This document shows positions 1 through 13,000 of a DNA stretch of 64,000 nt, one piece after another (the first letter of the stretch is position 1; each line of letters begins with the position of its first letter). Origin of the DNA: Tubiluchus corallicola (taxonomy: Eukaryota; Animalia; Priapulida); NCBI GenBank assembly GCA_030141605.1, contig JAQGDQ010000178.1, positions 1 through 64,000 of the forward strand, given 5' to 3'. The notes under the pieces were generated by a model. The model was not told where the DNA came from and did not search any database. It saw only the letters and a program-made list of their open reading frames with translations. The translations under genes were made by a program, and so were the position numbers.

Positions 1-2209
1 ATAAGTAAAAAAATACTGGCATTTATGGGAGCACAGGATATTTTCCCTGCCATTTATACCCTAGTGAATATGGAGCAGATATCACAAGAATCTATAATAC
101 ATATATATATGGTTGATTAACATCCATTTCTATGCATATATCAGACCAGCCCTTAGACAAGTTACTAACCAGCTACTATTACTCTATTTAGACTACAGAA
201 CAAATACAGGCTTTCCCAAACCAATCATTAAATGACAAATAATCTGCAGTTGAAGCAGCAGTATTGATCATTTGGGGGGAGTAATAATCATCGATAGAAT
301 TTTGGTATGTGTATTAATTAATTGCCATCTATTGACTAGGGCACTTTAAAAAACAAAAATTTGGATAGCTGAGTTTTTGAGAATGCCTTCAAACATCTAA
401 TACTATTATAGGTCACTGGTGGAAATAACATAGCTAATGTTTAGGCTTTCTTATATGTAATATATATTTTCTTTGCTTAATTATATTAAGTAAATTGGTC
501 AAGCTCTGTTTACTACCTTTATATAACAATTGGTCCATAATTGGCCATAAATAATGCCTTTGGGCATTGCTTAATGGGGCACGCTCATTTAACCTGCATT
601 TTGAGGAAAGTGGCAGACGGAAGCACAGGTTAAAATGGTATAACAATGTTACGTTACTTAATCCTTGAATATAGTGGCAAGTAGCACGTTTGAGGTCACT
701 GGCCATTGTGAATTTTGGTTTGTGGTCATCCTTTTGAGGTCATTTGGCCATAGAAACTCCACAAGTGTTCCTTTCATAGGTGACAAAGTTTGTAAAGCTA
801 GTTTTAACACCAAGAAAGTAGTATAGAAAAAACAAACTTTGTTTAAATTATTAAGTTATTTAACATCCCTAGCTGTATTTGCTAGTATTTATATGTTAGC
901 AATCAAATTAAAATTCATATTTGAGTGAAATAGGTATGATTATATTGGCAGCATAACAGGCCTAACATATAAAGAGGCTTTCAGTTTATGTAAAAATTGC
1001 TTATTTTTAATCGCTTATAAACCTTTCCTACTTTGATAAAAATGTAAGTTATAATCAGTGCCGCTGGTATCTAGTTGATGTCTGGAGTTTTAAAGCTGAT
1101 AACTCGTGGAATTAGTGCTCTAGTCAGAATCTGATGTAATATGAAGTGTTAAATGTTTTTTACGTTTGGTAAAGCTTTCACAGCTTGACATTTTGTGCTG
1201 TCGGCATTTTATGCTGCAAAGTAGCTAATACGTCTGGCGTTTTTGTAGTATTTTTTAAGCCACAAATGCAACTGATACAACACGTGTTGCATCGTAAAAT
1301 ATGTAGAGCATCGTAAAGAAGTGCTGCGAATTTATGGAGTAGAATAACTTTTGTAGACTTTTGGTGAGAATCTCAGCATTGTATGTAGAAGGGAACTTCT
1401 TTCAATAGAGTTTAACACTTGCATTTATGTATTAAACTATATCTTTCTTGATTGTATATCAACCGTGATAATTTTTTGTACTGGGTTTTCTGCGCAATTG
1501 TATTATAATGTAAAGTATACAGTTTATAGTAGGCTGTCGAATTTGTAATGTTGACCTGCGTGTTGTCTACTTTCCGATTTTGAGAGTTTTGTTCGATGAG
1601 ATATTTTTCTGACCTTGGGCAGACAGCTGGACACTGGTTAGAAGGTAACAATACTTCATTACTTTGTAGTTAATTAAGTTGATATTTAAAATTTAACTAG
1701 TACTTTTTCATTGATAATAGAATAACGTATTTGTGCTAAGTTTTGCTCTAACAACCATCCTTCTCTGTAATTCTTAACTAAGACATTTAACCAATCTAAG
1801 CAGCTTAAGCAGCTATGCCCAGCTAATGACATTGAAGTGATTCTAAGGCTACCTTTGACAAGGCTCAGTGGCTCTCTAGGTAATTTCTTTGATGAATAGC
1901 AAATAGTTAAGAGGCATTAGGGAAGATGTATACAAAGTGGAACATGCGCGTTATCATATCACGTCATCTTATTAGTACCTTAGTCATGGCAGACGTTATT
2001 AGTCACGAATCTACGCATTTATTATCTAATTTAACCGTTAGAGCTAAATTATGGATAGGGTTAGACCGTTAGAGGTATAAGGTGACAGCACATGATTTAC
2101 ATAAGTAGTGAATACGTTTGCAACATGTATGGCATTAATTTTTGATAATAACCACGTTGCAGAGCACCAGGTGAATAATAAGTGATGTGGCTACAGCAGC
2201 ATAGCCATA

Positions 2210-2242
<33 letters not shown>

Positions 2243-4774
2243 CCTGCCTTCTGTTGCATTCGTGTATGTCTTACACACGCGTACAATGCACATGCTCTTA
2301 AAGCAATACGTGATACGTATTGGGTAAAAAATGGCAGTGACTGAAAACAGTAAGTTGTATTCAGTTTTATTTACGTTGGGCAAATGTACCTCGTGAGCAC
2401 AGGCTATGTCTTTGTGGAGAAATTCAGACAGAAGAGCATTTTTTGTGCGAGTGCCATGAAAATGCACTTTATAGATCACTGTACGCGTTAAATTATAGTA
2501 ATATAGCAAATTTATTTGACAGAATTATTGTCGATTGGAAATTTCATTTACGACTGTATGCATAGATTTTTGAATTAAATAGTATACCTTTGTTACCGGA
2601 CATATAACCGCATTACTGTGATTATCATATAGGTAAAATATTTGTTTATCACATGTGTACAAATGCTTAGTAAATAGTTTTTTCGCTTTATAGAGTTTAC
2701 AACTAAATTTTTATATCTGTGTATATACCTTATGCAGCTATGTTGAGTCAAATTGTTAGTATGATCTGGAAATCATTACCCGAGCTCTGTCCGCTGATAA
2801 AACCATCGGGTATGCGTTGATTTTGTAATTTTCGTGTTGGAAATTTGATTTTCAGAAATAATATATCTAACTATCTACGCGAAAAAGAGATACGCCTTGC
2901 TTTTGGCTAGGTTTGTTTTGCAAATATTTGTTTGTAATCAAGGCATGCATGCATGAGCTCTTTTCACCAAGTAGTTAAATTTATTTGGTGCATTGTTAGC
3001 CTTGCTTGTTGCAAGTCTGCCGTAATTGCCCATGCAAATATAAGTGCTTTACTAGCATTCCACTTACCTATTATTCTGATTCATTATTTAGTTGGTTTAC
3101 GATGTACTGTCTTCTGGAAGGAAAAAGAAAAATGGAAAATAATACTAAATACAAATATTAAATTTTATAATTTATAACACATTCAGAATCACCAATTTAA
3201 TTCACTAATTTAGTACACACAGGTGCGACAAAAAAAATTCAATAACTCAAATATCGGAAATAGCACAGCACTGCAGAGACAAGGTATGTAATATAGTGCT
3301 TATTCAGTGGTGGTGTTATATGTTGTAAAATTTAAAAAAAATATATTGTTTTGTATATTAATGCATTGTCTTCTACATGAAAATAGTATATAGTATGGAC
3401 TGAAATTTTGATTCTTTTTAATTCAACTTGTTCATTTAGTAACACTTCGTTATATACTGTGGAGCTCCATGACCTACTGAAATCATTTTTGAAAATTGTT
3501 GAATTGTGGTGGGGTGAGTGAGTCAGATTGTTATCAAATTTCACCTTGTTAGAATTAAATGCAAAAAAGGCTGTATAGGCTGCAAAAAAGAATAATTCCT
3601 AGTATTACTAGTATGCTGTAGTAATGTGGCCAAATAGATTATATCATAGCAAATGTGTCAAATGATACAACTATGTAAGTAAATGAGTATAGGTCGGATA
3701 GTAGATTATGCATCCTTTATGGCTCTCCTTGGCTGTTACACTAAAAGTAGGAAAATAGCAATATTTAGTGTGGTTGTCAAATAGATGGTACTGATAGTAG
3801 AATAAGCACTATGTTATCAATTTACGTTTTTAAAATTCAATTAAAGAGGTTTTAAGTCCCTGCTTAGAGGTCATTAAGTATCAGGTATGATTCAATGACA
3901 CCCTGTGCCCAATTTGCTAAGTCATAAATGATAAGAAATTAGGCATAGAAAAAGTGGTTGCACTTGAAATAGTATTAAATTTACTTACCGAGAAATCATT
4001 GCTGTATCAAATTATAAATTATCATTCATTAATGGCTTTTATAGTATTTTGCTGTATTCATGATCATGCATCGTAACACCTATTTATAAATTGCATATGG
4101 CTGACAAGAGACCAGGTGACCTTTAATGTATACGTACGATTATGTATACACACATCATGCTTATAAGCAGTCCTGACCATATCAATTTCGTACACAAACA
4201 CGATAATAACATTCAAATACATATATAACCTGTAGTGCCATTGGTCACTAGTACCTCATTCTGTACTTTGATACGTTTCTTCAACTACTGCTGTGCATTG
4301 CATTACTTGTGTGAACTGGTCACTCACGGTTGTAGCAGTCAGTGCAGATGTGAAAATATAAGTTTTCACGTAGTGTCTTTACAGAATACACACTTCACGG
4401 TATGTCTTTCCGCAAGTTTCATTTGTTTAGGCATACGGTAAGACTTTTTTACACCTACAATAATTAGCCACATTGCAAAGACAAATGTTTTTTATCCCAG
4501 TTCTCTGATGAGAATAATAGATGATCAGTTTGTATGCTCGAGTAGTAATACTGAGTCTAACAGTTGCTTTACTTTTGTCACTGCTACTTCAAGCCAACAC
4601 TAAAGCTTTAGCTTTTATGCAATGAGATTTATGTTATCTGTTCAAAGGTGATCATATTAGTTAAACAATATTAGTAAAATGTTTGTACAATAGTTATTTG
4701 TGCAAGCCGTAGTTTTTGTACTTCTGGTAAGTATGTAGATAGATAAGAAATATTCTATCTACATGCTCGATTAT

Positions 4775-5048
4775 TACAGTAAAAAATCCATAGAGTTAGC
4801 GTCGATTGCAAATACTAAGTGGAGCTTTAGTACAGAAGTTCCGTAGATTTACATAACACATATCTGTACATTTACATGACACGTATCCGTACATTTACAT
4901 GACATGTATCTGTACATTTACATGACACGTATCCGTACATTTACATGACACGTATCCGTACATTTACATGACATGTATGTGAATACTTCAAAACTGCATC
5001 GTCCATGGACTATTTTTGCCATACTTACGAATGTAGTTTTTTACTGTA
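4775..5048. mobile_element. Putative Tc1/mariner-type MITE (TA|CAGTAAAAAA...TTTTTTACTG|TA) with an internal 23-bp tandem array
   Basis: 12-bp terminal inverted repeat including the flanking TA, enclosing a minisatellite. Confidence 0.5.
4839..4978. repeat. 23-bp tandem repeat (tatcYgtacatttacatgacaYg), about 6 copies
   Basis: Directly visible. Confidence 0.9.
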
Positions 5049-6506
5049 CAATATGGTGCACATCGTTTGCCATATAACAGACCATAGGATTTGTATTAGA
5101 ACATGCTGTCCATTGTTGTCTCCGTTTTTGCACGAGTTTAGCAATCTCTCTGTGTGCACTCATGGCATTTAAATCTATGAGAACTTCATTGACATGCCTT
5201 TCATCATAGTACGATTTTATTATGTGCAGGCTGCCTTGTGACCAACCCTTTTATTCCTACATAACCTTGGGAAGGAAATGAATTATTTTTTTGGCTTTTG
5301 GATCACGAGAAAGTACCATTGTATCATTGTACATTTTATGCTTTGGCTTATTCATTGTACATTTTATGCTTTGGCTTATTACTATGTAACATGTACTAAT
5401 GTATGTATTTCATTGTATATTAGATCATAATTTATTTCTACGTATTTCATCTTCAATTGCTGCACACCATTTCTTCTTCCTGAGGCCTCTTTATCAGTGG
5501 TAACTGTGGCCAGAGGTTTATTTGTCTCTTTGACAGCAATAAACATACGTTTGTAAAAAAGAAGACATCAGCGTTAGTTTTCCATAATTTTAGCTTTTAG
5601 ATTATAAGAAAGTATCAGCTTTAGTTTTCCTGTAGAATGCCATATGATTTTAATACAGTATGAGAATAATTGCTAGTAATCTAGTTTCTTGGTTGTTATA
5701 ATACATTGCTCATTATGCAAAGTATTATTCCATCACTATTTGAGAATCTGGAAATTTATCCTGTGCACACTTTCTTGTTTAAATCTGGTCCCTGAAGACT
5801 TTTTTTATATAGTTGTGCACCTTGCAAGCTGGAATCCAGCACTGGAAACTGATTATCAACGATCTCTGCAGAGGTGTCTTTGTCTCATAGCCAGTACACT
5901 TTTGGATAAGTATGTGTCTTCCCTAAAACGAGATAAGATGTGAAGGGCAGTATGGCCGCAAGAAGCTACCCAAGTGCAACTTTCCCTGAGATTAACTTAC
6001 TGGCCAGGCTTGACTTTGCTTAACTTTGATCACTAAACAGGCTTTGTGACCATTCAGATATTTTTTCTTCAATTGTAATCCCAGGTCTTTTCTTTTTTAT
6101 GCATTTGTATATTTTTAAATCAGTATATGTATTTAGGTTTAACCAGTATGACAACCTGTGTACGATGTCTAAGATATATGTCTATGAAAACATCCCAAAT
6201 GGAGACCTTGTAATTTTGCGCTGGTCACATGTAAGCAAATGTTGTCAAGGCCACCCTTCCAAACTATTGTCCCTATGTAACATGTTTACCTGAGTATCTA
6301 CAGTAATAGTTCATATATACACGAGTTGTGTAGTTTATTTACACAGTCCGTACAAATATTAAATTTATGTCGTCTTACCCGCCAACGTAAGAGGATAATA
6401 TTATGAGATCTGAGTCACTTGATCGTACACTCTGTTGCTCTGCACTCAGCATAAAACCAGAAATTCCTTTATTTGTGGTTTGAGGTGTACACCTTGGTAG
6501 ACGGGT

Positions 6507-6653
6507 ATGTCTTTTATACGCATGTTTAGAGGTGGTGATAATGAAAACGGAAGTGAAGGTGTGAGTTCATCAACATTTTACATCGGATCACTAAAATCGA
6601 GGTCCATTCGGCCCATTTTGAAGGATGGCAGTAGCAAACAAGGCAAGGAAGAG
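6507..6653 (+). CDS. Candidate alternative first coding exon A of the AHCYL/IRBIT gene (49 codons, MSFIRMFRGGDNENGSEGVSSSTFYIGSLKSRSIRPILKDGSSKQGKEE)
   Basis: ATG at 6507 with an open frame to GAG|gtactg. The phase-0 donor is compatible with the phase-0 acceptors at 8937 and 20958. The donor is weak and there is no homology support. Confidence 0.4.
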
Positions 6654-8936
6654 GTACTGCAGTAAATATTCATTTTATGAGAATAAATACGCAGTGACTG
6701 GTTGCTGCTCCGTAGCTTGATTGATATGTACATACAGTTTAAAAGGATTTTTCGTATCTGTTAGTGGATGTAGATACAATCTTTAAGAAATGCTATATTA
6801 CTATGTGTCATGGCTGTGAAAATTAGAGTACAATATATACGAAAAAAGTTCAAAATATGGGTGGCATTGAGTTTAATGCAAGGAGAAATTAAGCTCCTGC
6901 GGTTTTTTTGGAATACTAGTACATCTTTGGATTGTTATTTAGAATGTTATAAACCTGTAACAAGTTTCATTAACAAGACAATTTTTTGTTGTAATATGTT
7001 AACAGTTTTTCTTTTGTGAAATGTTTAATAAAAGATGGAAAAACTAGTTATTAGCAGGAGCAAATCTCAGCATCAGTGCTGTTAAATTATTTGCGGTTAT
7101 TGGTACTTGAAAATTTGCCTTTAGATTTGGATTTGAAAACTTACCTGTATTTTCATTTTTATTTCTTTCGAGTTTTTAGATCTATCGTATTTCAATAGTT
7201 CAATGTAAGATTTCACTAGTTTTTTTAATTATCCAAGCTAATAGTTTTATCTAAATGATATTATAGATACCATCAATAGTTTGGTGTAATTTGGTTTTCT
7301 ATCACTTTAAGATTTAAAATTAATGATTGTGCAGCATCATTGTGGTGCAATTTATGTTCATGAAAAAAACATTGCAAGAACCTCAAAAATATTTTACCTG
7401 AAATACCGGTATTTCTGCAAAGTCACACTGCTGTATTTGCTGAAATAACATTTTGCCAGTTAAAAGTGTGTTGTTCTTAATTTTCAGGCTTATATTCATG
7501 AGTGTAAATGCCATAAAATAATGTCTCTACGTCAGCTCCAATTTTCCATCACAATGTCTACCATTTTTCTTGATCTTATATGCATGTAATGATCAATAGT
7601 TAATGCTGTTTCTGAAGTTCAAAAAAGCTTTTATGGAGTGGTGTATAATCTACTTTCTTTTATCCTTGTTACTGCTGACAACTTTTCAATCCTTCCTTCT
7701 CTGATTAATTATCCAAATATTATTGAAATAAAGCAGGTTTTTCAGGTCTGTGGAGTTTTTCTAGTGTTTTGCCCTTCCACTTTTTATATAGCACACGCAA
7801 GGCTCATTACAGTAAAAATATCAGTTAGTATGAAGCATTTGCACATCGCACTTGATGAACTTTGTACTCGCGTCATTATGTATACAAACTAGCATGGCCT
7901 GTTATCATAGATAATTTTGTAAACCAACACTAGTGGTCTTTTGTTGGAATATATTTCAAATTAAAACTGCTGATAATACTTAAAGAGATAATGAGGCCAC
8001 ATGCAAAGACAAAGCAACATTAACACTAATGACTATTTAGCAACTTACATTTACAACAATACAGCTGAGGAATAACAGGCAAATGATAAATAATATGTAG
8101 GATATATGCCTTGGCTTTTGCAGCCCGAAATCTAGACCACTCGGCCACACAACCCACGACAAAATTGCAAGGAAAAAGGCCAAGAAACTATCCAAATTAG
8201 CATTTTTTCTGATTAAATTTTATATGGATAAATGTAGAACAGCAGTGAACATGCTGTGAACTTAGCCAGTACATTTTGGCAAAATTGTGCATGAAATAAT
8301 TTTAAGCACATAGACCCAATTTCAGATTGTAGCCTCCTAGGAAAGAGCTTCTAAACAGACATTGTTACCTGGGAGAGGTTGCTTAACAAATCCTCTTGAT
8401 ATGGCAACAGTCTTGGAGCGCACTACACATTTCTTGATTTTGAAAATAATATCATTCTTGATATCCAAATATTAAAATGCCTTTCTAGTCTCAAAAATTG
8501 AGTGACATTTTTCATCCATAGCAATACCAGAGTGCCAATTGTTAATGAAAGGATTCGTTTTTGTATTTGATGCTGATCTTGTGCTGCCCAGGCTCCATTA
8601 AATTTGAAAGCATTTTGTTTGTGCACTTGCTGGCAAAAGTCTATGGTTTATGTATTGTCAGAAACAATACACGATTGACTGAATCAGAAATTTCTAAATA
8701 TGGGCACATATAGTCTGGAGTCTCAACAGAATGACGTGACATGACGTGTGCTCACAGTGGTTTCCTCGCACCACACATCATTTTTGATTTTCTTCAAGGC
8801 TCAGTCATTGGACCTATACCTTTTGTCATAATATACTTGTACAGAGTTCCTTTCAAGTTAACATTACATTAAATTTTGAGGAATTTCATTTCAGCAGTGC
8901 AGTGGCTAGCAAAGTACATATTTGTTTGTTTTTTAG

Positions 8937-9050
8937 TCTAGCAGTGCAGAGGTCTACAAAGCCAGTGAGGAGATAGCAGAGACACGCCGCACTGAGGGAT
9001 CAAAACAAAGTGCTGGACGCAGGAGCCGACACGCGAGCCAGGTGAGCGGA
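8937..9050 (+). CDS. Candidate internal phase-0/0 exon (SSSAEVYKASEEIAETRRTEGSKQSAGRRSRHASQ[VSG]) with two in-frame donors
   Basis: Strong acceptor tttgtttgttttttag|, a purine/GC-rich open frame, and donors CAG|gtgagc (after 9041) and GGA|gtaagt (after 9050), both phase 0. Confidence 0.55.
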
Positions 9051-9984
9051 GTAAGTACTCTTAAAGTATTTATAAATGTTTTTTGAGCTATGTGAATATT
9101 GTAGTTTGAGCGATTTCCAGCCGTTTATTGTAAAAAGGGTTCAGCTACTACCAGTATTACTAAATTATCAAGAATAAATATTAACCACAGGCAAGCTAAA
9201 TGATTTTGAAGAGGATGATGTTATTTTAGAAATATGCTCTTAATTCTTGCATTGTATGAGCACATTTTTATATACTGTAAGACAATCTACGAGTTTGTGC
9301 CAGTTCTTATTGAAAATGTTCAGCGTTTTGAGCAAATGCAGTCATACGATTTGAAGCTTTGTAAAGGTTAATAATGTGAAGAGAATGAAGTTTTTAGTTA
9401 AAATGATCACTTGACTAAAATAGGCTAATTCTCCTTCATAAAACCTGCGTAGGTACTGAAGACATTAGTTTGCTGGTGTTACTTAAATTCGTCTGCCTAC
9501 TCTATCAACTGCTTTGCTACGATTGTTTTTTCTGCTCACACTATCTCATCTTAACACTATCGGATCTATCTGATCGCACTGCAAATGTTCAATAAGGATA
9601 TATGTGCTCCGTTGCGGTAGTTTCATAGGAAGATATCAAGCCTGTCTGAACTTCGTTTTGACATTGTCACATGTTCTGGGGGGGGGGATTACGAGGAGGC
9701 ACCTACAGACGATAAGTTTAACACTAAAATTACCCGTTGGCATACAACCTGTTTCCAATTCTTATTTGCTTCAGCATTTGTAAGTTTCAATCCATATCTC
9801 TGTTTTCACAAGATCATGCAGTACAAGAGTACATTGATAGATATTAATCATTGTATTTAATAGTGTTGTAGGTCTGTGCTAAAGTTCAGAGTACGCAATG
9901 TGTTTCATTACACAAATTCACAGTTTTGTTGCATTGATTCACTTTTATATCCAACATATCATGTGAAAGTCATAGTTCTCTATT

Positions 9985-10068
9985 ATGTCTCGAAAGATCA
10001 GTTGGTTGCCGACCGTAACGGAGGAGATTTCTCCGGCTGGAAGCAGCGAGTTGCGGGAGAGCACTCAC
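9985..10068 (+). CDS. Candidate alternative first coding exon B (28 codons, MSRKISWLPTVTEEISPAGSSELRESTH)
   Basis: ATG followed by a GC-rich open frame ending at a consensus CAC|gtaagt phase-0 donor. Contains the RVxF-like motif RKISW. Confidence 0.6.
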
Positions 10069-13000
10069 GTAAGTTTCTCCTGCTTTAGACCCTTTATTTG
10101 TACTTCCGTTAGCAGTTCTAACTTTGCTGTGCTTTGCCATATTGTCCATGTTTCTGAACGCTTAATTGCCCAGAGGATTAGAAACAAATCCGCCATATTT
10201 AAGCCATGTTTACCACATCCATATTCTATTTCCTTGTTGTTGATATTAGTGATTCTGATCAGCCTTGGAGCAGTTTCAAGCATGGCTTGCCTTTCATGTC
10301 TTGGTTTTTTAATACTGTATATGCTTCCTTGTTATTTTTGATATTAAAAATCGTAAATTGGATGTTGATCTTATATGAGTTCAGTTTTGGCCTCTGTCCT
10401 GCAAGTGATTTTCGCTTTCACGAGGAGACAGCAACAGGCAATAAATTAACAGTTAAATTAGCCACTAGTACACAAGATTTTGACCAGATTTTTTGGTTTA
10501 TTGTTGAAATTGGCAATCAGTTGTGCTTCTATTTGGCTTTCCTAAAGCAGTTTTGGCTAGAGCCGTATTAGAATGTAAATGCAATTATACAAACATTTTT
10601 TAGTGTTTCTCAGTCAATCTTTAAAGGAAGTAGAATGAAACCAGCAGAATGTCTAGATTTCAAGGAAATAGCTGTTCTGAGAATCGAGCTAATAATTCTT
10701 TGATGTTAGGTACTCACAAGGAAACAAAGTTGCACATATAGTGTTTTAGATCACAGGTTATTTTGAGTTACTGTCCAAGTTGGTCACTTTTTCCCTTTAA
10801 TACTAAAATCTGTCTTGTTAGTTTCATTTAGTCAGTGATCAGAGTCTGAACATCATTGTTTTTCATCATTTTTGCTGGCAGTTTCTTTGCTTCCTTTGGC
10901 TGCTGTGTTGGAAGGTGATTGACCTATCTATTTCATTTATTGTGTGACTGTGTGAAAATCATTTACTTGTGATGTATATATAGCTCAAGATCCAATACTT
11001 GGTAACATCCTGCTGCATTGTGGAATAATAATTTCATTAGGGTAGGCAATCCTGAATCAGTGATATGCATGTAATGTCCCCAAGCCCTCTTGATCAATGA
11101 AGCAAGCTTACATTAGGTGCTCCATTGCACAAGCATGTATAGATACTGCTGTTATTGCACAGTCACTTTGTTATGCATTTAGTAGAGAAAGCAGTTTGAC
11201 GGATCTCACAAATTTCAGATATTTTATAATCCTCAAAAAGTGCGACATTGATTCTAGGTTGCTCCCTAACACTGTAAATTCTTGTTTCTTCAAAAAACAT
11301 ATTTTAATTGTCACAGAATTTATTATTGTTACTTTATATTATCTTACATTTGTTTACTTCTAAATCACATTTTTTTTTCACCGTGGCTGGCCTCTAATTT
11401 GCTTAGTTGACATTTATTTATTTTTATCTTCATTGTATCGTGGTGACATAGCTCTTGGGACAAATATAAATTATTTCATTGCTTTCTGGAAAGCTTATTA
11501 GCAGCACTGACTTGCACTGAATTAAGTCATGTTCAGTCTTTCACTAGGGATATGTGTTGTTTGACTGATGACTCTTATGGTAGCCATCTTACCCTGAACT
11601 GTACAAGTTTATATTTCTAACCAGTCATTAATGCATGAGCCAGGCAGGTGATAATGAATGTCAGTGAATGATCAGTGAATCACAGGTGTGGAGATTACAC
11701 AAGAGACCATTAAAGTATATTAGTTGTGAAGAAATATTATGGGATACATGGCCATTGACTGCTACATAATGCAGTATATTAGTTGTGATATTTCTTGAAT
11801 GTTATTAGATTTTTGCTCTTAAACATTCTCATAAAACTTGTTGAACAGTCTAAAATACTGCTGAATAACTTCTTTGTTTCTCTGCCACGTTTGCTATTGT
11901 AAGTTTCAATCAATTTCTGCATAATAGCCACTGATTATTGCAGTAGTTACATATATATATAGTTTTAGAAATGACTTGGTGCTGCTATTGTCTTCATTTT
12001 TTAAATTCAGTTTATTCTTAATTATCAGAATAAAAAAGAATTGTATCCTTATGACAATGAACCCTTGCGGAACTGCACTTCCTGCATTTATTGCTTAAAA
12101 ATTCATGAAATATTAGACTGTGCACTAAAAGTTTCCGTTACTCAAAAAAACTGCATTTATTCCCTTTATTGTTTAGAAATCTGTGAAGCATTTGAAATTC
12201 AAACACTCAAACGTGTGAAGCACCCTTGTGGCAAAAGTTTGAACTACATTTGCTGCGTTTATTGCTTGAAAATTTATGGAATACGGAATACAAGAAACAT
12301 TGCACTTTGAAGTTTCAGTGTAATGTCACCTGATAAATTTTGTCGTCTCCATTAGAATTATTTTAGTGGTTTAAATTAGCTTGTCAAGTGAGTAGAATAA
12401 GCAGTAATTGGTCTAATAACATTGAATCAATTGTATTATTAAAGAACAAGAACACAATGGTATAACACTATACACAAAATATAGGCCATGAGTAGTATTG
12501 GTTACTAAACTAAGTACTCATATTAACATTTAAAGGGAAAAATGGTAATTTTTTAATATCTAGAAGTTACAGCAGATGTGAAATGTTATAGTTGAGGTCT
12601 TGGATCAACAGTCCTTACCTCTTTCAAGCTAGCACTGTTTGAGTTTGCCAGAGCTTGCATTTTCTGTTGTTTTCATCAAACTAATGTGGAATGTTTTTGT
12701 TTGTTTTGGCCAAGGTGCTATAACTGTTTTACAATGTCACTAGCCCATCATTGGAGTAGTGTCTTTACATTGAAGTCGCTAGGGGGGCAGTAATGTACTA
12801 GTGTTTTTGTTTTCATATGCTTACAGCCAATTAACGGAAAATAATAGTACAGTCCTACAACATGTAAGTTAAATTCGCTGTCAGAAGTTAGTTTAGTGTT
12901 TGTACCCAGTATTGTGTTTGATGATGGTATATTCTGTTGCAGGAGTGTCCAGCTGAATTTATAAAAATACCTGAGTTTTTCGTATTACAGCTGCAAATCT

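Noticed and set aside
3223-3283. Possible upstream exon (cag|...AAG|gtatgt)
   Set aside because: Poor pyrimidine tract, no homology and ambiguous frame.
8120-8158. Minus-strand A-box-like TGGCCGAGTGG (tRNA or SINE head)
   Set aside because: No B box or cloverleaf; at most a SINE remnant.
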